From Octopus sinensis (Eukaryota), in the NCBI RefSeq assembly GCF_006345805.1, contig NC_042997.1, positions 4,774,001 through 4,838,000 of the forward strand: a DNA stretch of 64,000 bases, read 5' to 3'. Under the pieces are notes generated by a model. The model made no database searches and was not told where the DNA came from. It saw only the letters and a program-made list of their open reading frames with translations. Of this stretch, positions 35,625-49,754 are shown piece after piece (positions within the stretch are counted from its first letter, which is position 1; each line of letters starts with the position of its first letter). The translations under genes were made by a program, and so were the position numbers.

Positions 35625-37250
35625 GTAGCAAGATAGATAGATAGAATGAGAGAGAGAGAGAGAGAGTAATTCAGAGATTGCGATAGACACATAAACAGAC
35701 GCATGATAACTCACAATGTATTAGAAGTGCCCTATTCAATTGTTTATCCGAACATAGAGTCAATATAAATTATTTCGCATGCACTGCATTCTGCGCTACA
35801 CTCTGTTGAGAAACACTATCTCTAAAATATGTTTTATAGAATACAGCGAATAGCAATGTTGGATTTCTAATACAGACAATGAAAAACAATTCGGAGACTA
35901 ACTGACAACACAATATTTCAATAATTATGGCTCTCTGTATTGAGTACGTTTGAATTAAACTTTACCACTTTCCCGTCAAAACAATTCCACACCATAACGA
36001 AAGTGCTCAACTGTTACAATTTTATCTATTTCGTGTTGATGAAAGGTTAAGACAACTTCGGTGACACTCGAACTCAGAACAAAGAGTTACTTAATGATAC
36101 CTTATTTACATTGAAATACATTTATAATCGATATCAGAAGAACTTGATATACTGTAGTTACAGTGCTAATTAACCTAAAATCCAATGCTGTTTCATTATC
36201 TAACGTATATGATTTGATAGGGATAAAAATAAATTATTACTTTAATTCTTAGTTTACATTAAAGCTTTACGATCATTTGCTCCTGGATGTGCACTTCGAA
36301 ACGGTAACTGATGCATTGTATTATGGTAAACGGAATGAAGTTTGTAACACGTCGGTGTTTAAAATTTTCTTCAGGTAAATTTATTGATCCTCACAAAGCA
36401 TATGGCGTAAGTGAAATTAAAGTAGACCCATTGATTATATCGATTTTAACTACATCCAAAGTGTTGTCAATGTAGGCAAAATGAATCAATATCTCTGGCG
36501 AGTGGGTAAATAAAAAAAAAATGACTATACAAAGTTAATGTGAGGACATTTTAATCAATTTGAACAAATTGTTCAATAATCATTATTCATGATGTCTCGA
36601 AGTTAAGTGAAAAATTCGCACACATTGGATTTCAATGGTAACATGTAGTTTCTCTTCTCAGTCTTACAACAGCTGGTATTTATTTATTACCGTTAACATT
36701 TCGACGACTAGTGATACATGCATTATTCATTTACTCATTTTTAAAACACTTCATAAAATTTTATTTCCCGTTAAGATTTTAATGTCTATCATTCATTGAT
36801 ATTTTTGTCAACAACAATTTCTCATTACATAAAATATGACAGTCATGACTGTGCACAACTTATCAATTACTCTTTTGTTACTGAAAGGGATAGAAATATA
36901 TATTGGAGCATTTTCAAGCTATGAGTGACAAACAGTGAAACAGGAGACAATATTGACTTTCGATACCTGAATATATATGAGTAAACAGAATAGAAGAGTT
37001 TATATTATTTCGATGTTATGAATCTTGTTCGATAAAAGGTTTAAAATAAACACATTGTATGCGACTGATACATTTATATTGATTCTAAAATGCATACACA
37101 CACCCGACACACACAAACCACCACCACCATGCCATATAGAAAGAAAGAAGTAAACGAAGAGAGACGTCTCATCGGAACAAATGGTTAGAAGTTCGCTTCG
37201 CAGTCACGAGAGCCTATCTTTGCTGATTCTTTCTGAGTATCATGTAAGAG

Positions 37251-38175
37251 TTAAGTTAAGTTAAGTTAAGTTAAGTAAATTTTTTGATTCAAAAAGCAAA
37301 AAGCAAGGCCATGTAGGGGGATATGGATGTGTGTACAGGGTGGTGTTCATGCAAAGAGTTCAAGCCATTTGTGGTGAAGGGATACTTTGAACCGAGCGGT
37401 CGTCGGCATCTTCCCATTCTCGTCCGGCAGCTTATTCCAGGGATCTGCAACCCGGACGGAGAAAGCCCCTCTCCTTCGATTGAGATGAAATCGTCGCAGA
37501 TAGAGCTTTTCGGAGTGACCCCGCAGCCGACGCTCTGGAGCAGGAGTGAAGAACAGCTCTTTCGAGAGGTTGCACTTTCCGCTTATGATGTTGTGAGCAA
37601 GAATGAGATCACCATAGCGTCATCGTTTTTCTAGAGAATAAAGATCGAGCGTCTTCTGTCTGTCTTCATAAGACAAATGCTTGAGACCAAGAACCATGCG
37701 GGTAGTCAGCTTCTGAACTCTTTCGAGATGATGTATGTCTTTGGGGAGATAAGGAGAAGAGGCTTGAATCCCGTACTCCAATATGGGTCTCACCAGCGTG
37801 ACATAGAGCAGTAGGAATATGGCTGCTGTGAGCATTCCGAATGACCGTCGAATCAAGAACAGAATTCCGCGCGCTTTGTTGGCAGCATGGACGCACTGGG
37901 CCGAAGGCGAAAAGGAAGAATCCACCAAGATACCCAGGTCCTTTACCTGGTCGGTCCTCTCCAGCAGTAGACGACCCAGCTCGAAATCAAGTTGAGTTGC
38001 AGGAGAAGAGCCAACAGGCAGATGACAGCACCTTGACACGTTGAGACAAGGTCCCATTCGTTAGACCATATCCAAGCTTGGTGGAGGCATCGACGAAGAT
38101 CATCTATATCACCGCGAGGAGCGACCAGTTTGACATCATCGGCAAATAGAAGGGTGTGTTGCGAATGTTCTTGTG
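37251..38175 (-). mobile_element. 5'-truncated CR1 LINE with 3' UTR and pentanucleotide-repeat tail
   Basis: LLFADDVKL, VKDLGILVD, LYVTLVRPILEY, LERVQK, LSYEDR...LYSLEKR. Five TTAAG units at 37251-37275 (+ strand) form the tail. Few disablements. Confidence 0.92.
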
Positions 38176-39217
38176 TGATAACCAGCCACTTATATGTCAT
38201 TCTAGTGAACAACATACTCTTACTTTTTCGCTCGATGTAAAGGATATAACATTTTCAAATTGATAGGGATAAACCATATATTGGTTGCCAGCTGATGAAG
38301 CAAGTACCGTCCTCTATACTCTGTACTTGGAAATGAAATACTTCTCAGCAGTGAAGTGTTTCGGATCTGGTACCTTCATAATAGCTACTAAGTAGCAGAT
38401 GCTCTATGTGCATGTTCTATGTCTTTGCAGCAAACATACTGGAAATAATATATTGGTAAAATATTTACTCTTCATTTTATTCGCATGAAAAAACAAATTT
38501 CTGTTTCAACGGCATGGATAAAATTCGATTACCCAAAATGCGCATATTTACGACTAATCTATACATATGAAGCATGTTATTTGATCAGCTAATATAAGAT
38601 GTACCCCATCTAGTAATTACTGTTCAACCGAATCTTTATGTACAGAACATTGTCACTCAATAAATCATCCTCATTATCTGGGCTTTCTTTTATTATAGAA
38701 ATTCACCCCATACGTTTCTTCATCTACGGGAACGATGATAATTATTATTTTTCTGTATACAGAAACTTTCAAACAATAGCTAGGTGTAATCGGAATACGA
38801 GAGGTTATGTTCTCTGCTGTGTACAGATTTGGATATTTATAGGTGGTGATTAGCCGGCATAATGTCTGATTCAATGCTTAAACTATTGCCTAAGATGTGA
38901 ATTTGTGGAATGATATACACTGTAGTCTATTTGATCAATTTGACAGGAAATTTAATAGGCTGAATTCAACAAAACTAATTTACATTAACTAGGGGCGAAA
39001 CTCCATAGTATTCTGGCATATTGGATAAATATTCAACTAATTTAGCCGTCTTTCTAGCTGACCTGTATAATAGTGTTTTCCAGTGAACTCACAATATACT
39101 ACCATTTTATTTGGGGTGACGGTATATTATGCGTATAAAATGACATGTGACCACTTCTGAAGCAAACATAACCACAGATCTCCTATTCACAGGCAAATTT
39201 AGAAGCAGCTATGATCC

Positions 39218-39263
<46 letters not shown>

Positions 39264-40785
39264 AGAGAAAGAGAGAAGAGAGATAGAGAAAGAGAAAGAG
39301 AGAAGAAATAGTGGTATGCGAGACAGATACTGAAATAGAAACTCGTGCATGTACAGACACATCCTCACATTCATGAAGCTGATAGGTCGCTAGAGACTTG
39401 CAGAAATATAAAATATTGACTGATTGATAGACAGTTAGATTCTTTATTAGTTACTCTTTCTATATAAACTTAAGAGAGTGTAACTGTGGGATTATTTAGG
39501 TAAGTTAATCGTATGCATAAAATTATGTATAATTTCGTCTCTGACCGTGTTACGATAAAATTATACATGGCTTGAATGTGCGTTTCGTTTGAATGTCGTT
39601 TGATAGTAAGCGAAAGTAAGTGCTACAGATTTATATGTCTAGGCTTCTATTATCTTTAAATCGTTACAGCTCTGAATAGATTTATAGATAAAATTCAGGT
39701 GACAGAGAAGCTTTTCTTTACACCACGTGTTAGTCATTATCCTAATAATTAGTAGTAAAACAATCTACAACATATCTGCCGATTAACATGTGATGAAAAA
39801 CGCAATCACACTGGGTTTCGATAAAATAGCATACAAATAATCAATTATAACAAAAGATAGTGGCGTGAAAAACCAGTAATGCATTCTTGATTAACCCACA
39901 AAATGAAGTTACTAGACTGTTTAAACAATATAACAATACAGACGCCTTTAAAACTTTTCTGTCAGTAAAGCAGCGCAGCAGGTAGCAGGAAATGAAATTA
40001 AATCAAACACATAACCAGGAAACATATATCAACATGGCCCAATACAAATCAATATCGCGTTCGCTTTATTGATGCAGCATCCTAATTTACTAACCAGTTG
40101 TGTCAGTACTATAATCAATCACATCTAATAATCTCACTTTTATACGAACTTCGAGTTCTACGCTAAAGCGGGACAATGTGATACTAATTCCATCAATGTT
40201 AACTTAAGAAAAATACCAAAGTTAATGTATTAGTCTATGGAACTTATAAATTTAATATGTTATATTTTCTGGGTATCCATGATGGTGTATATTCTCTCAA
40301 TCAAATAAACTTAAATTGGAATAATATAAACATTCCTTCCAAAGAGTTGTAAATCAGTTCTCATACGAATTCACTAATATCCATTTCATTGTCTTTGATA
40401 TGAATTATAGATGTAGAAACCTCAGAGTTTTATCGATGATCAGTTACAATCAATCGAAAACCTATCGATTAACTGAAAACGGAAGAGGCTTTCCTTTGTT
40501 TTAAACCGATAGGCTAAGTGATATATTCCATGCAATCCTTCTTGAAGTGTGCACTAGTCAAGTGACATTTCACTCTGACCAAATGCATTTCCCTATTGAT
40601 TGATCAAACAATAACAGTACTAATACTAATAATTCTAATACTGCAAATAATGACAATATTACAATTAATAATAATGATATAATTGAAAGTAATAATAAGA
40701 TTAATACTTAATAATAATAAGAAGAAGAAGAAGAACAACAACAGCAATAATAATAATACTAATAATACTAATGATAATGATGATG

Positions 40786-40827
<42 letters not shown>

Positions 40828-40838
40828 TAATAATAATA

Positions 40839-40874
<36 letters not shown>

Positions 40875-42380
40875 ACGAACTATTGAGTTTGGTTTAATGG
40901 CCTACCAATGTATACTATGAGTTTCTTTGCCCTAGGAGTCGGGAAGACACTCGGCAAGAAATGGAAGCAAATTTGAAAGAAGAGAAAAAAAAGGAATAAT
41001 AATGATAATAATAATAATAATGGATAGCTGATAAGAGAACTCCTTGAGAATAGTGGAGGAAATGCCCTCGGAATGATTGATCAAATCATTTACTCATATG
41101 CTTAAGTTGTACCTCAAAAATGCGGCATTAAAATTAAATATAGAAAAAAATGTGCAATGTACACAAACAGCCTGGATGGATAGAGAGATTAAACCGGCAA
41201 ATAATCCAACTAAAAGCAGATATATATTTTCTAGTTGAAGCAAGCGAAGGGAAAACTAGAAAACCCAGCAAACTAATGAGAATCATTGCTAATCATTACC
41301 TTTACAGACAGAGATACTTAAACAAAGACTACAATTAAAAACCAAAGGACTAACAAGATACAAAAAGCGTTCGGCATTCCATGGACAAAGCATACTATTC
41401 AAGAACACAAAAACCTCTAAAGGGAACTGGAGAAAAGTACCATTATTGGAAAAACACCTCCTCAGTAGCAAATTATTTTTTTTTGGAAAAACACCTCATC
41501 AGTAGCAAATTATTTTTTTTGTAAAAACATTTGGAGTAATCCAAGGGAATTTAATCAGAATGCGCATTGCATCAGGGACATAGAAGAGGCCAATGCCCAA
41601 CTCAAATATCAAGACTGGCAGGATATAACTGCTGATGAATTGAATGCCCCCGCGCCAAGACAAAGAGATGAAATACTCATATATATATATTACAAACTTT
41701 TGGCTAAGCTCTTTAATGTGCAACCACTACAACTTAGTCGTAGCACCCAGTGAAGTCATGCCCAACACTGCGAAAGCCCCAAAGTGGCTCACAGAAATGA
41801 TTTCATATCTCTTACAAAAAACAGAAGTTATACTAACCCCACAAAATACCGACGCATAACATGCCTCACGACCATATATAAACTATTAATATCTATAATA
41901 GCGAATAGAACATATGGATTCTTGGACAAGAGGAAGTTATTCCCAGTGGAACAAAAGGGATGTAAAAGAGTTCATATTGATGTAAGGACCAATATAACCA
42001 ATTACTGATTACTAAAAGTATCACTGAAAATTGCAAATCCAAACGAAGAGACATTAGTACTGTCTGGATAATTTACAAAAGGCTTTTGAGAGTGTCTCCC
42101 ATTCATTGATCTTCAATGCCCTGGAAATTTAGAAGATAGCTCCAACAATTGTGAAATTTTAAAAAATAATATTGAATTCGTGGAGAACCAACCCCATTTT
42201 AAGTCATACACAAGGATTTACTATCCTACTAGACATCAATCTCGCCTGTGGGATCTTTCAAGGTGACTCATTATCGCCATCACTATTCTGCCTCGCTCTG
42301 TTTGCTTTATCCACACGACTGAATAATTCTACGAGAGGGTATAATATATTTGACCAGTAAATTAATCATGTAGTCTATAT
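40875..42380 (+). mobile_element. Decayed R4/Dong-type LINE (N-terminal ORF to RT)
   Basis: QPGWIERLNRQIIQLKADI, YRRITCLTTIYKLL, LFPVEQKGCK, GIFQGDSLSPSLFCLAL. Starts immediately after an (AAT)n tract. Confidence 0.85.
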
Positions 42381-42689
42381 GGAATCTTTGTCCATATGGC
42401 ACCTTTGTAAGATAATATATCTTAACGTTTCGTTATTGGGGGAATTGAGATAAAGAAATTGTTGATTCAAATTTTAGGGATTTTGGGGATTGGTTTTAAC
42501 GTTTAAATATCAATTGTCAACACATTATTTAGTCAAATTCCATTCCTACATCTGCTTGAAATGTGAAATCAGAATGATTTTTGCCATTGTAAACGTTTTA
42601 ATTATAGTTCTTGGGACTTTTTACAACGTGATGTGTTCCGTTGGTTTGTCGAAGAGTTGCATTCCCTGGCATGTAGCTTTTATTATTGA

Positions 42690-43500
42690 ATGATAAAGGA
42701 TGAAATCTAAAATTTACATAAGTAGAGTGGAAACAGTGGTTCCATTCTCGGTAGTCTGTGGATTTTTGCACAGGTGTTTTAGCTCAATAGTAGAAAGGCT
42801 GAATGCACTTTTGCTAAGTACATAGAGTTCAGTAACCATGGGCGAGGAATAGATTCGAATGTTTTAGTGTAATCAAGTCATGCAGTTCCCAAGTATCTAA
42901 GGTCTTCCCTTCCTCCTGACAAAACAGCTGTGTTTGTCAAATGTTTTCCAAGCCTCAACGGTAGCTACGTTGTTCGACACAAAATGACCTTGGAGGAATT
43001 AGATGAGGAAACTTGTGTAAGGTTTTTATAAAATGTTTAAGCAAACAATGAGTTATAGATTTCTGTAACTTCGGTGTTGTCATTCTTGAGCATAAGACTC
43101 ATCAAAGTTATACAAAGTATGTCAGACTGGTTCTCTATAATTCTCTTGATTATACATATTAATGACTTTCTGTCTTGGTTCAGATTCGCGTGCCAGTATG
43201 GGATTGCTATGTCCCTTCCAGATACATCTCATTATGTAGTTTGCCTCCAGCTATAGTGAATATTCCAAATTTAGCTGTGCAAGTTTTACTGACGATAATG
43301 TTAAAGTTATATCGATAACATTATCCATGATGCACTCTTATTGAAATGTCACTTTTGTCCCCGTTCTCAGAAGGAAAATAAGGCAAGATTGTCTTGTGAA
43401 CGAGATTTCATAACAGTGAGATTTACATTCTTCATCTCCCTGCATAATGCTTGTGGATACCGAACAGGCTTTTGATTTATAAAAGCTCATACAATTATGT
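42690..43500 (-). mobile_element. R4-type LINE 3' fragment, inverted relative to 40875-42380
   Basis: Minus-strand remnants YNFNII and residues resembling the RLYLxRxxGGRG and HWxICxxY...W motifs. Strongly decayed. Confidence 0.55.
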
Positions 43501-43814
43501 AATAACGAATTATTTTGTCTGCCTCCTCAACTTGTGCTTCAGACAAATTAACTTTCCTTCAAGAGCTCAGCATGAAGGTTAGCAGAGACTGTTGTAATGT
43601 TTTTGCGTAAGATATAATTGGTGAGGTGTGAAATCATTATTTATCTTCCATTTTAATATTGCTGTCTACAATCCAATAGGGTGGCGCAGTTTGTTGATAC
43701 TTCTCGAAGTTGTTTTGCCAACATGGATTACATCATTTTAGCTTTAGTAATTTCGTTAGGACGTGTGCTGCAGCTTTGTTGCTATTGAAGAGCACTGACT
43801 GTTGTGTATACAAA

Positions 43815-44030
43815 GATATTGATTGCAAATTTTGCGACAGGTCCAGGACGTTCGAGGGAGTCGAGAAGTCGATTACATCGACTTCAGTGCTCAACTGTTA
43901 TTTATTTCACCGACCCAAAAGAATGGAAGGCAAAGTCGATCTCGGTGGAATTTGAACTCAGAAAATAAATCCGTACGAAGTATGGATAAATACGTTGCCG
44001 AGCGTGCTAACGAGTCTGACTGTTTACCAC
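43815..44030 (-). mobile_element. tRNA-derived SINE (GGCGGCGAGCTGGCAG family)
   Basis: GGCAAAGTCGATCTCGGTGGAATTTGAACTCAGAA on the + strand. Confidence 0.8.
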
Positions 44031-45029
44031 CTTCTTCTCACTGAAATATATTACAATTACATTAGTATAACACAAAATAGTTTCAAGAAAAATCGCAATA
44101 ATAACGCAAACGCCTTGAAATATTGTATGTCAAAAAGCAGAAAATCTTATATCGTATTTAGCAGCACTTCTCGACGAAATGGAAAAGCAGGATAGGAAAA
44201 TTTGTGGGAATAATGTGATACGAAACACTGTAACATGCAGAGATTTACATTGAATGTACCTTTCTCAAAATGTAACACTTCGTCTGCACATCTGTAGAGT
44301 GCCAATATTTGGTAATAGCTGCTAGCATTGCTGCATGTGACCCTTACAATCTAGACAATTAGCTGCAACATTTTAAAACAAACTATTGGGAAGATATTTA
44401 TCAAAACTACTCTTCAAGAAATAACATAAACATTGAAAGTTTGTTAAAAGAATTTTAAGAGCTACACGTTGCTAAATAACTCCGTTTCCACATGCTCTTA
44501 TGAAACAATACAATGTATCGAGAAATATTTAAGCTCCTGTGTACATTCATAAAAATCATAAAAGTTATACCTCTTGAACACATTTAATGGAATGATGATG
44601 CACACAATCGTGGGTTTTAAGCCAAATATTCGGACTGTCCGTATTATAAACTTCGGTTTTTAAAAATATTTTAAATAGTGGAAAGGAACGGAAAAGGTTG
44701 TCATAGTTTTTTCCTTTTGAAATTTTCCGAACATGCTTGCGAATTTGTGTTGTACGAACGGAAATCCTTACGATTATGAAGAAGAAAACAGATGTTTAAT
44801 GTTTTAAAATTCCATAAATCCTAAATTTCTTTTACTTATTTTGTTTTAAAAAAACAGAGTTAAAAGTACAGACACTCAGGACTTTTAGTTTAAATTCCAG
44901 CAATGGAACACTCTTGTAAAACAGTAATATATGTCATAGCTTCAAGGAGAAAACTCTGATCTCATATCCTCCAAAAGAGCTGTTACTGCTTTTCTAGGGA
45001 ATGTGCAGCTCTAGAAAATGAATATTGTA

Positions 45030-45584
45030 CAGGGTGGAGCAGAGAGAAAGGACGTTTTCGATATGGCTATTACTCAGCCCCAGAGGAGAGGGATACATGT
45101 TCGACACATGCCATTCAGTCAGGGGTGTCTTAGCGTTTGTTTTTCTTTTGAGATGGACGATAGACCATCACGTGTTTGCCTACGACAGTTATGTGTCAGG
45201 CAAGCTTTGATACAGAGTCCGAATCGTTCTACTCGGAGGCATTCCACAGAACTTAGTATCCATAAACGATCAGTAAGGCGTATTTTGCATGAATATCTGC
45301 ATTTCTAGCCGTAGAAACTAATCATTGGGAAACAGTTGAAACCATGGGACTATGTACAGAACAATGCTGGGGAGATTGAAGGCCAACCTCAAAGAATGCC
45401 ATTCAGAATGCATCGATGAAAACGAACCCCTTAAGACGAATAAAGAAATATGTTGTTTTTGACACACTATTTTGACAAATGCTAATTCAATACAAAAATC
45501 ATTGATATCAATAAAACTTGTTTGCAGCTAAAATTAATGTCTTGTGAATTTTTCAAAGACGTTCGGCCTCTCTGCCCCACCCTG
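45030..45584 (+). mobile_element. Internally deleted Tc1/mariner DNA transposon
   Basis: Imperfect 28-bp TIRs CAGGGTGGAGCAGAGAGAAAGGACGT / reverse complement CAGGGTGGGGCAGAGAGGCCGAACGT; TA on the left, TG on the right. HTH remnant QSPNRSTRRHSTELSIHKRSVRRILH. Confidence 0.85.
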
Positions 45585-46807
45585 TGATTATATGTTTGAG
45601 GCAACATGGGGACATAGTGTAGGAAGAGTAATGACACGGCTACAAACTACCCACAGCTCTGAGGGAAAGCGCAGTTGTACTTTACTGCTTTTCCATTACC
45701 TTAACTTGTTGAAACTAGTATATATATATATATATAATGCACATAAGTAACAAGGATGTCCAGGTATCAATGAAATTCTGCCGTTTCAAGTGACTCCATA
45801 TAATCGGTCAATGAAAACATTACATCAATTTTAAAGACACTGCTCTACTCAGTGCAGGTGAGCATGTATATTTGCAACATAAAGGATAAACCAAGTTAAG
45901 CATTTGTAGCAAATTTATATCAGTACTAGAAACAAAAATAATTACATTGTTTCCTTATATTAAATTTTTGGCAGAAGGAATCCAGAAAATAATGCATATC
46001 AATTTAAGCTGACTATAATTTTGAGAGTAGCAGAGGAGAATGGGGTCAAGATATAGGAGTGGTGTGATAATTATTCATTTTAATTTTTATTTATAAGATG
46101 ATAATAAATTAATTAATGTCAGACAACCACCCAACTATTATTTTACTGGGACCACATATTATGCTCTATCTACATAAAATGATATGTTTTAGAGATGCTA
46201 GTGAGAGAATGACTAATGGGTAAGAGGTGATAACTAGAAGGAAGTATGGGGGTGCCATGTCCTTATTTAGATTATCAAATAAAAGTGGTTTGTTTATGTT
46301 ATAAAACAAAAGAGGTAAAAAATAATCTTTAAGGGTGGGAATAAGAAATGAGGCATACGGGATATAGCAATTCATAATTTAGCAAACATCTATCAAATTT
46401 AGTAAAGAATTATAGATCAATATACAGAAAAACGGATAGAAGTTAAACTTAAAACCTTATAATGGGGAACTTCTATATATGAGGAAGTTCATCAGGCCAT
46501 TCCTAAGTATATTGTTGAGTTGGTCGTGATAAAGTGTTCCACAATGTATTCATAAATGAATTAAATTATCATCTGAGTAGGAGTACGTATTATATATTAA
46601 ATAGAAACAAGTATTATTATCCTCGTTACAAGTGGATAAATATAGAATAGAATGTCAGGGATAATTGAATTAGAGGTAAATCAAATGTATAATAGAGTTT
46701 AAGTCAGTAAACACAGCACACACCCACACACGCTTACATGCACGCACATGTTCACACACACATAACACTTCCCTCTCCACACACTCTAGCATATAACCCT
46801 CACATAC

Positions 46808-47010
46808 AAGGCGGCAACCTTGCAGATACGTTAGCACGCCGGGCGAAATGCATATCGGTATTTCGTTTGTCTTTACGTTCTGAATTCAAATTATGTTGAT
46901 GGCGACTTTGCCTTTCATCGTTTCGGTGTCAATAGATTAAGTACCAGTTGAGTACTGGGTCGATCTTATCGACTGGCCCCACCCCAAAATAAATTTCGGG
47001 CCATGTGTCT
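46808..47010 (+). mobile_element. tRNA-derived SINE (GGCGGCGAGCTGGCAG family)
   Basis: Family head and body. Confidence 0.8.
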
Positions 47011-47161
47011 CATAATCCATCCCTCCCACACACTTTAGCATATAGAATGGAAGAGTCTTTAAAGTTTCGAGCCTACGCATCTCTTTCGAGAGAAAGAGAT
47101 GATAAAAATGAAAATGCAGATACGTGGATATCATTGTTACTTATGTATATTTTGAATCTTA

Positions 47162-47192
<31 letters not shown>

Positions 47193-47468
47193 CCACACAC
47201 CCACATACACACACATATGGTTCATAGCGAACAGATGTACTAGTTTGACGCTCGGGGAAAATGGAAAAGTCTTTAAAGTTTCATGCCTACACTTTTCAGG
47301 AAAAAGGGCTGAGGGAGAAAAAAATGTAGAGAGGAAATTTGTGTCAAGATTGACAGTTCCACATGCTTAAATGATCGGCAAGTAGAGGTTAATGGAAGTG
47401 ATTACAAAAGTTACCCGAATAAAATGGGGTGAGCAAATGGCGTGTGCAAGCGAGCGTATGTGAGTGTA

Positions 47469-47794
47469 AGTGAGGCGCGTGGCTTAGTGGTTAGGGTATT
47501 CGGCTCATGATCGTAAGGTTGTGAGTTCGATTCCCGGCGACGCGTTGTGTCCTTGAGCAAGACACTTTATTTCACGTCGCTCCAGTCCACTCAGCTGGCA
47601 AAAATGAGTTGTACTTGTATTTCAAAGGGTCAGCCTTGTCACTCTCTGTGTAACGCTGATTATCCCCGAGAACTACGTTAAGGGTACACGTGTCTGTGGA
47701 ATGCTCAGCCATTTGCACGTTAATTTCACGAGCAAGCTGTTCCGTTGATCGTATCAGCTGGGACCCTCGTCGTCGTAACCGGCGGAGTCTTTAA
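47469..47794 (+). mobile_element. Young full-length tRNA-derived SINE with 11-bp TSD
   Basis: A box TGGCTTAGTGG, B box GTTCGATTCC; TSD ATGTGAGTGTA at 47458-47468 and 47795-47805. Confidence 0.92.
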
Positions 47795-48302
47795 ATGTGA
47801 GTGTATGTGTGTGTGTAAAAGCGAGCGCGTGTGTATGTATATGTGGACGAGCATTTTATTTTACGCATGTGAACGTATGGGATAGTGTCTGTATGTGTAT
47901 GAGTAAAAAAGTAAGTGTTCTGTGGGGTGATCTTTTCTGTGTGTTTATGTGGGTGTGTGTGAGCGTGTGAATATGCACGGGAATATGAGGTTGCGTATAA
48001 TATGTATATCTGTGTAAAGATGTGTAAAGTATATGTGCGTCTGTATACGTGTGTGTAAGTAAGCGAGTGTGTTGACTGCTTCTTGTTGGCCTGTTGAAAA
48101 AATAAGGCTGTTGGAAAAAAATTGTCGTTATGTAATTGATGCGTGTGTGTGTGCGTGATGTTCTGTGTTTGTGCATTTGTGTATGTGTGATAGTACGCTT
48201 GTGTCCGTTTGTGAGGCTAGCTGGTGTATATGTGTGTGTTTACGGGGAGATGCACAGAGGTGCATGGTGGGGTGTGTGTGACAAGGGATAGTTATTGGTT
48301 TA

Positions 48303-48535
48303 CTAGGTGGCGAGCTGGCAGAATTGTTAGCACGCCGGGCGAAATGCGTAGCCGTATTTCGTTTGCCGTTACGTTCTGAGTTCAAATTCCGCCGAGGTCG
48401 ACTTCGCCTTTCATCATTTCGGGGTCGATAAATTAAGTACCAGTTACGCACTGGGGTCAGTGTAATTGACTTGATCCGTTTGTCTGTCCTTGTTTGTACC
48501 CTCTGTGTTTAGCCCCTTGTGGGTAGTAAAAAAAT
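48303..48535 (+). mobile_element. tRNA-derived SINE (GGCGGCGAGCTGGCAG family)
   Basis: Well-preserved full monomer. Confidence 0.88.
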
Positions 48536-48905
48536 AGGTTTACTGGTAGGTGTTGAGTGCTAGTATGTAGAGAGGGAAGGGTGATGTGCGTGTGACGCAC
48601 ATAACATAGTTAACTTTGTGCAGCTGTGTGGGGTGGAGCAGAAGGAGAAGCGGATGGTGGGAGCTGTGTGGTGTGTCTATGTGAATGTGCGGTTGGGTGG
48701 GTTTAGATGAAGACAGTAACGGATTAAGATCATTAGCAGCAAGAGAATGCATAGAATAAGTAAATTCCTGCTTTCGACGGGAAAGGGAGTCAGGGTGACC
48801 TCAATACAAGGGAAGTCCAAACACAGGCAGACGATGCAGCAGATGACACGACAGACAGAAATGGCGTGAGACAAAAGTGTCATTGCCGACTTTGGTATCT
48901 CTACC

Positions 48906-48970
<65 letters not shown>

Positions 48971-48973
48971 AAA

Positions 48974-49195
48974 TATTAAATTAGAGATAAAACGACTATT
49001 AGGCAAATCATGCAAGGAAAAACATAAGCCAATACATAAGATTAATTAATTTATGTATTGGGTTAAGTTTTTCATTGCATGATTTGCCTAATAGCGGTTT
49101 TATCTCTAATTTAATATAATACAAAATTTTACTATAAAATTGGATTCAATCCTAAATCTGATTTTTCCCTGTAAGTTTGGATTTATTCCCTAATA
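48974..49195 (+). mobile_element. Fold-back remnant of the 11142-12368 element family
   Basis: About 143-bp imperfect palindrome 48974-49116, followed by the same tail as 12300-12368; (TA)n on both sides. Confidence 0.75.
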
Positions 49196-49203
49196 TTTTA
49201 TTA

Positions 49204-49470
<267 letters not shown>

Positions 49471-49634
49471 TATATATGCATTAGAATAACACCCACGCAA
49501 ATATTAAAACTGATACATTAAAAATAATCACCTCAAAAATTTATTCACAATTCTAATCGCTACTACAATGCACAACGAGTCACTTTTATATCACTTGACA
49601 ATTTAACATCCTTCTGCTGTCATACCTCTACCGT

Positions 49635-49722
49635 ATTACTTCTTCTTTTTCTTCTTCTTCTTCGTTTTTCTTCTTCTTCGTCTTCTTCTTATTTTTCTTC
49701 TTCCTCCTCTTCTTCTTCCTCT

Positions 49723-49754
<32 letters not shown>

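Noticed and set aside
45030-45584. Mariner derivative is also 555 bp long
   Set aside because: It has no sequence similarity to the 555-bp monomer, so the length is a coincidence.
45791-45863. Candidate host exon ending at CAG|GTGAGC
   Set aside because: There are stops in all three frames and no other support. No host gene could be established anywhere in the window.
46461-46501. Minus-strand CTGATGA in a hairpin
   Set aside because: GAAA and helix III are missing, and the core is consumed by the stem.
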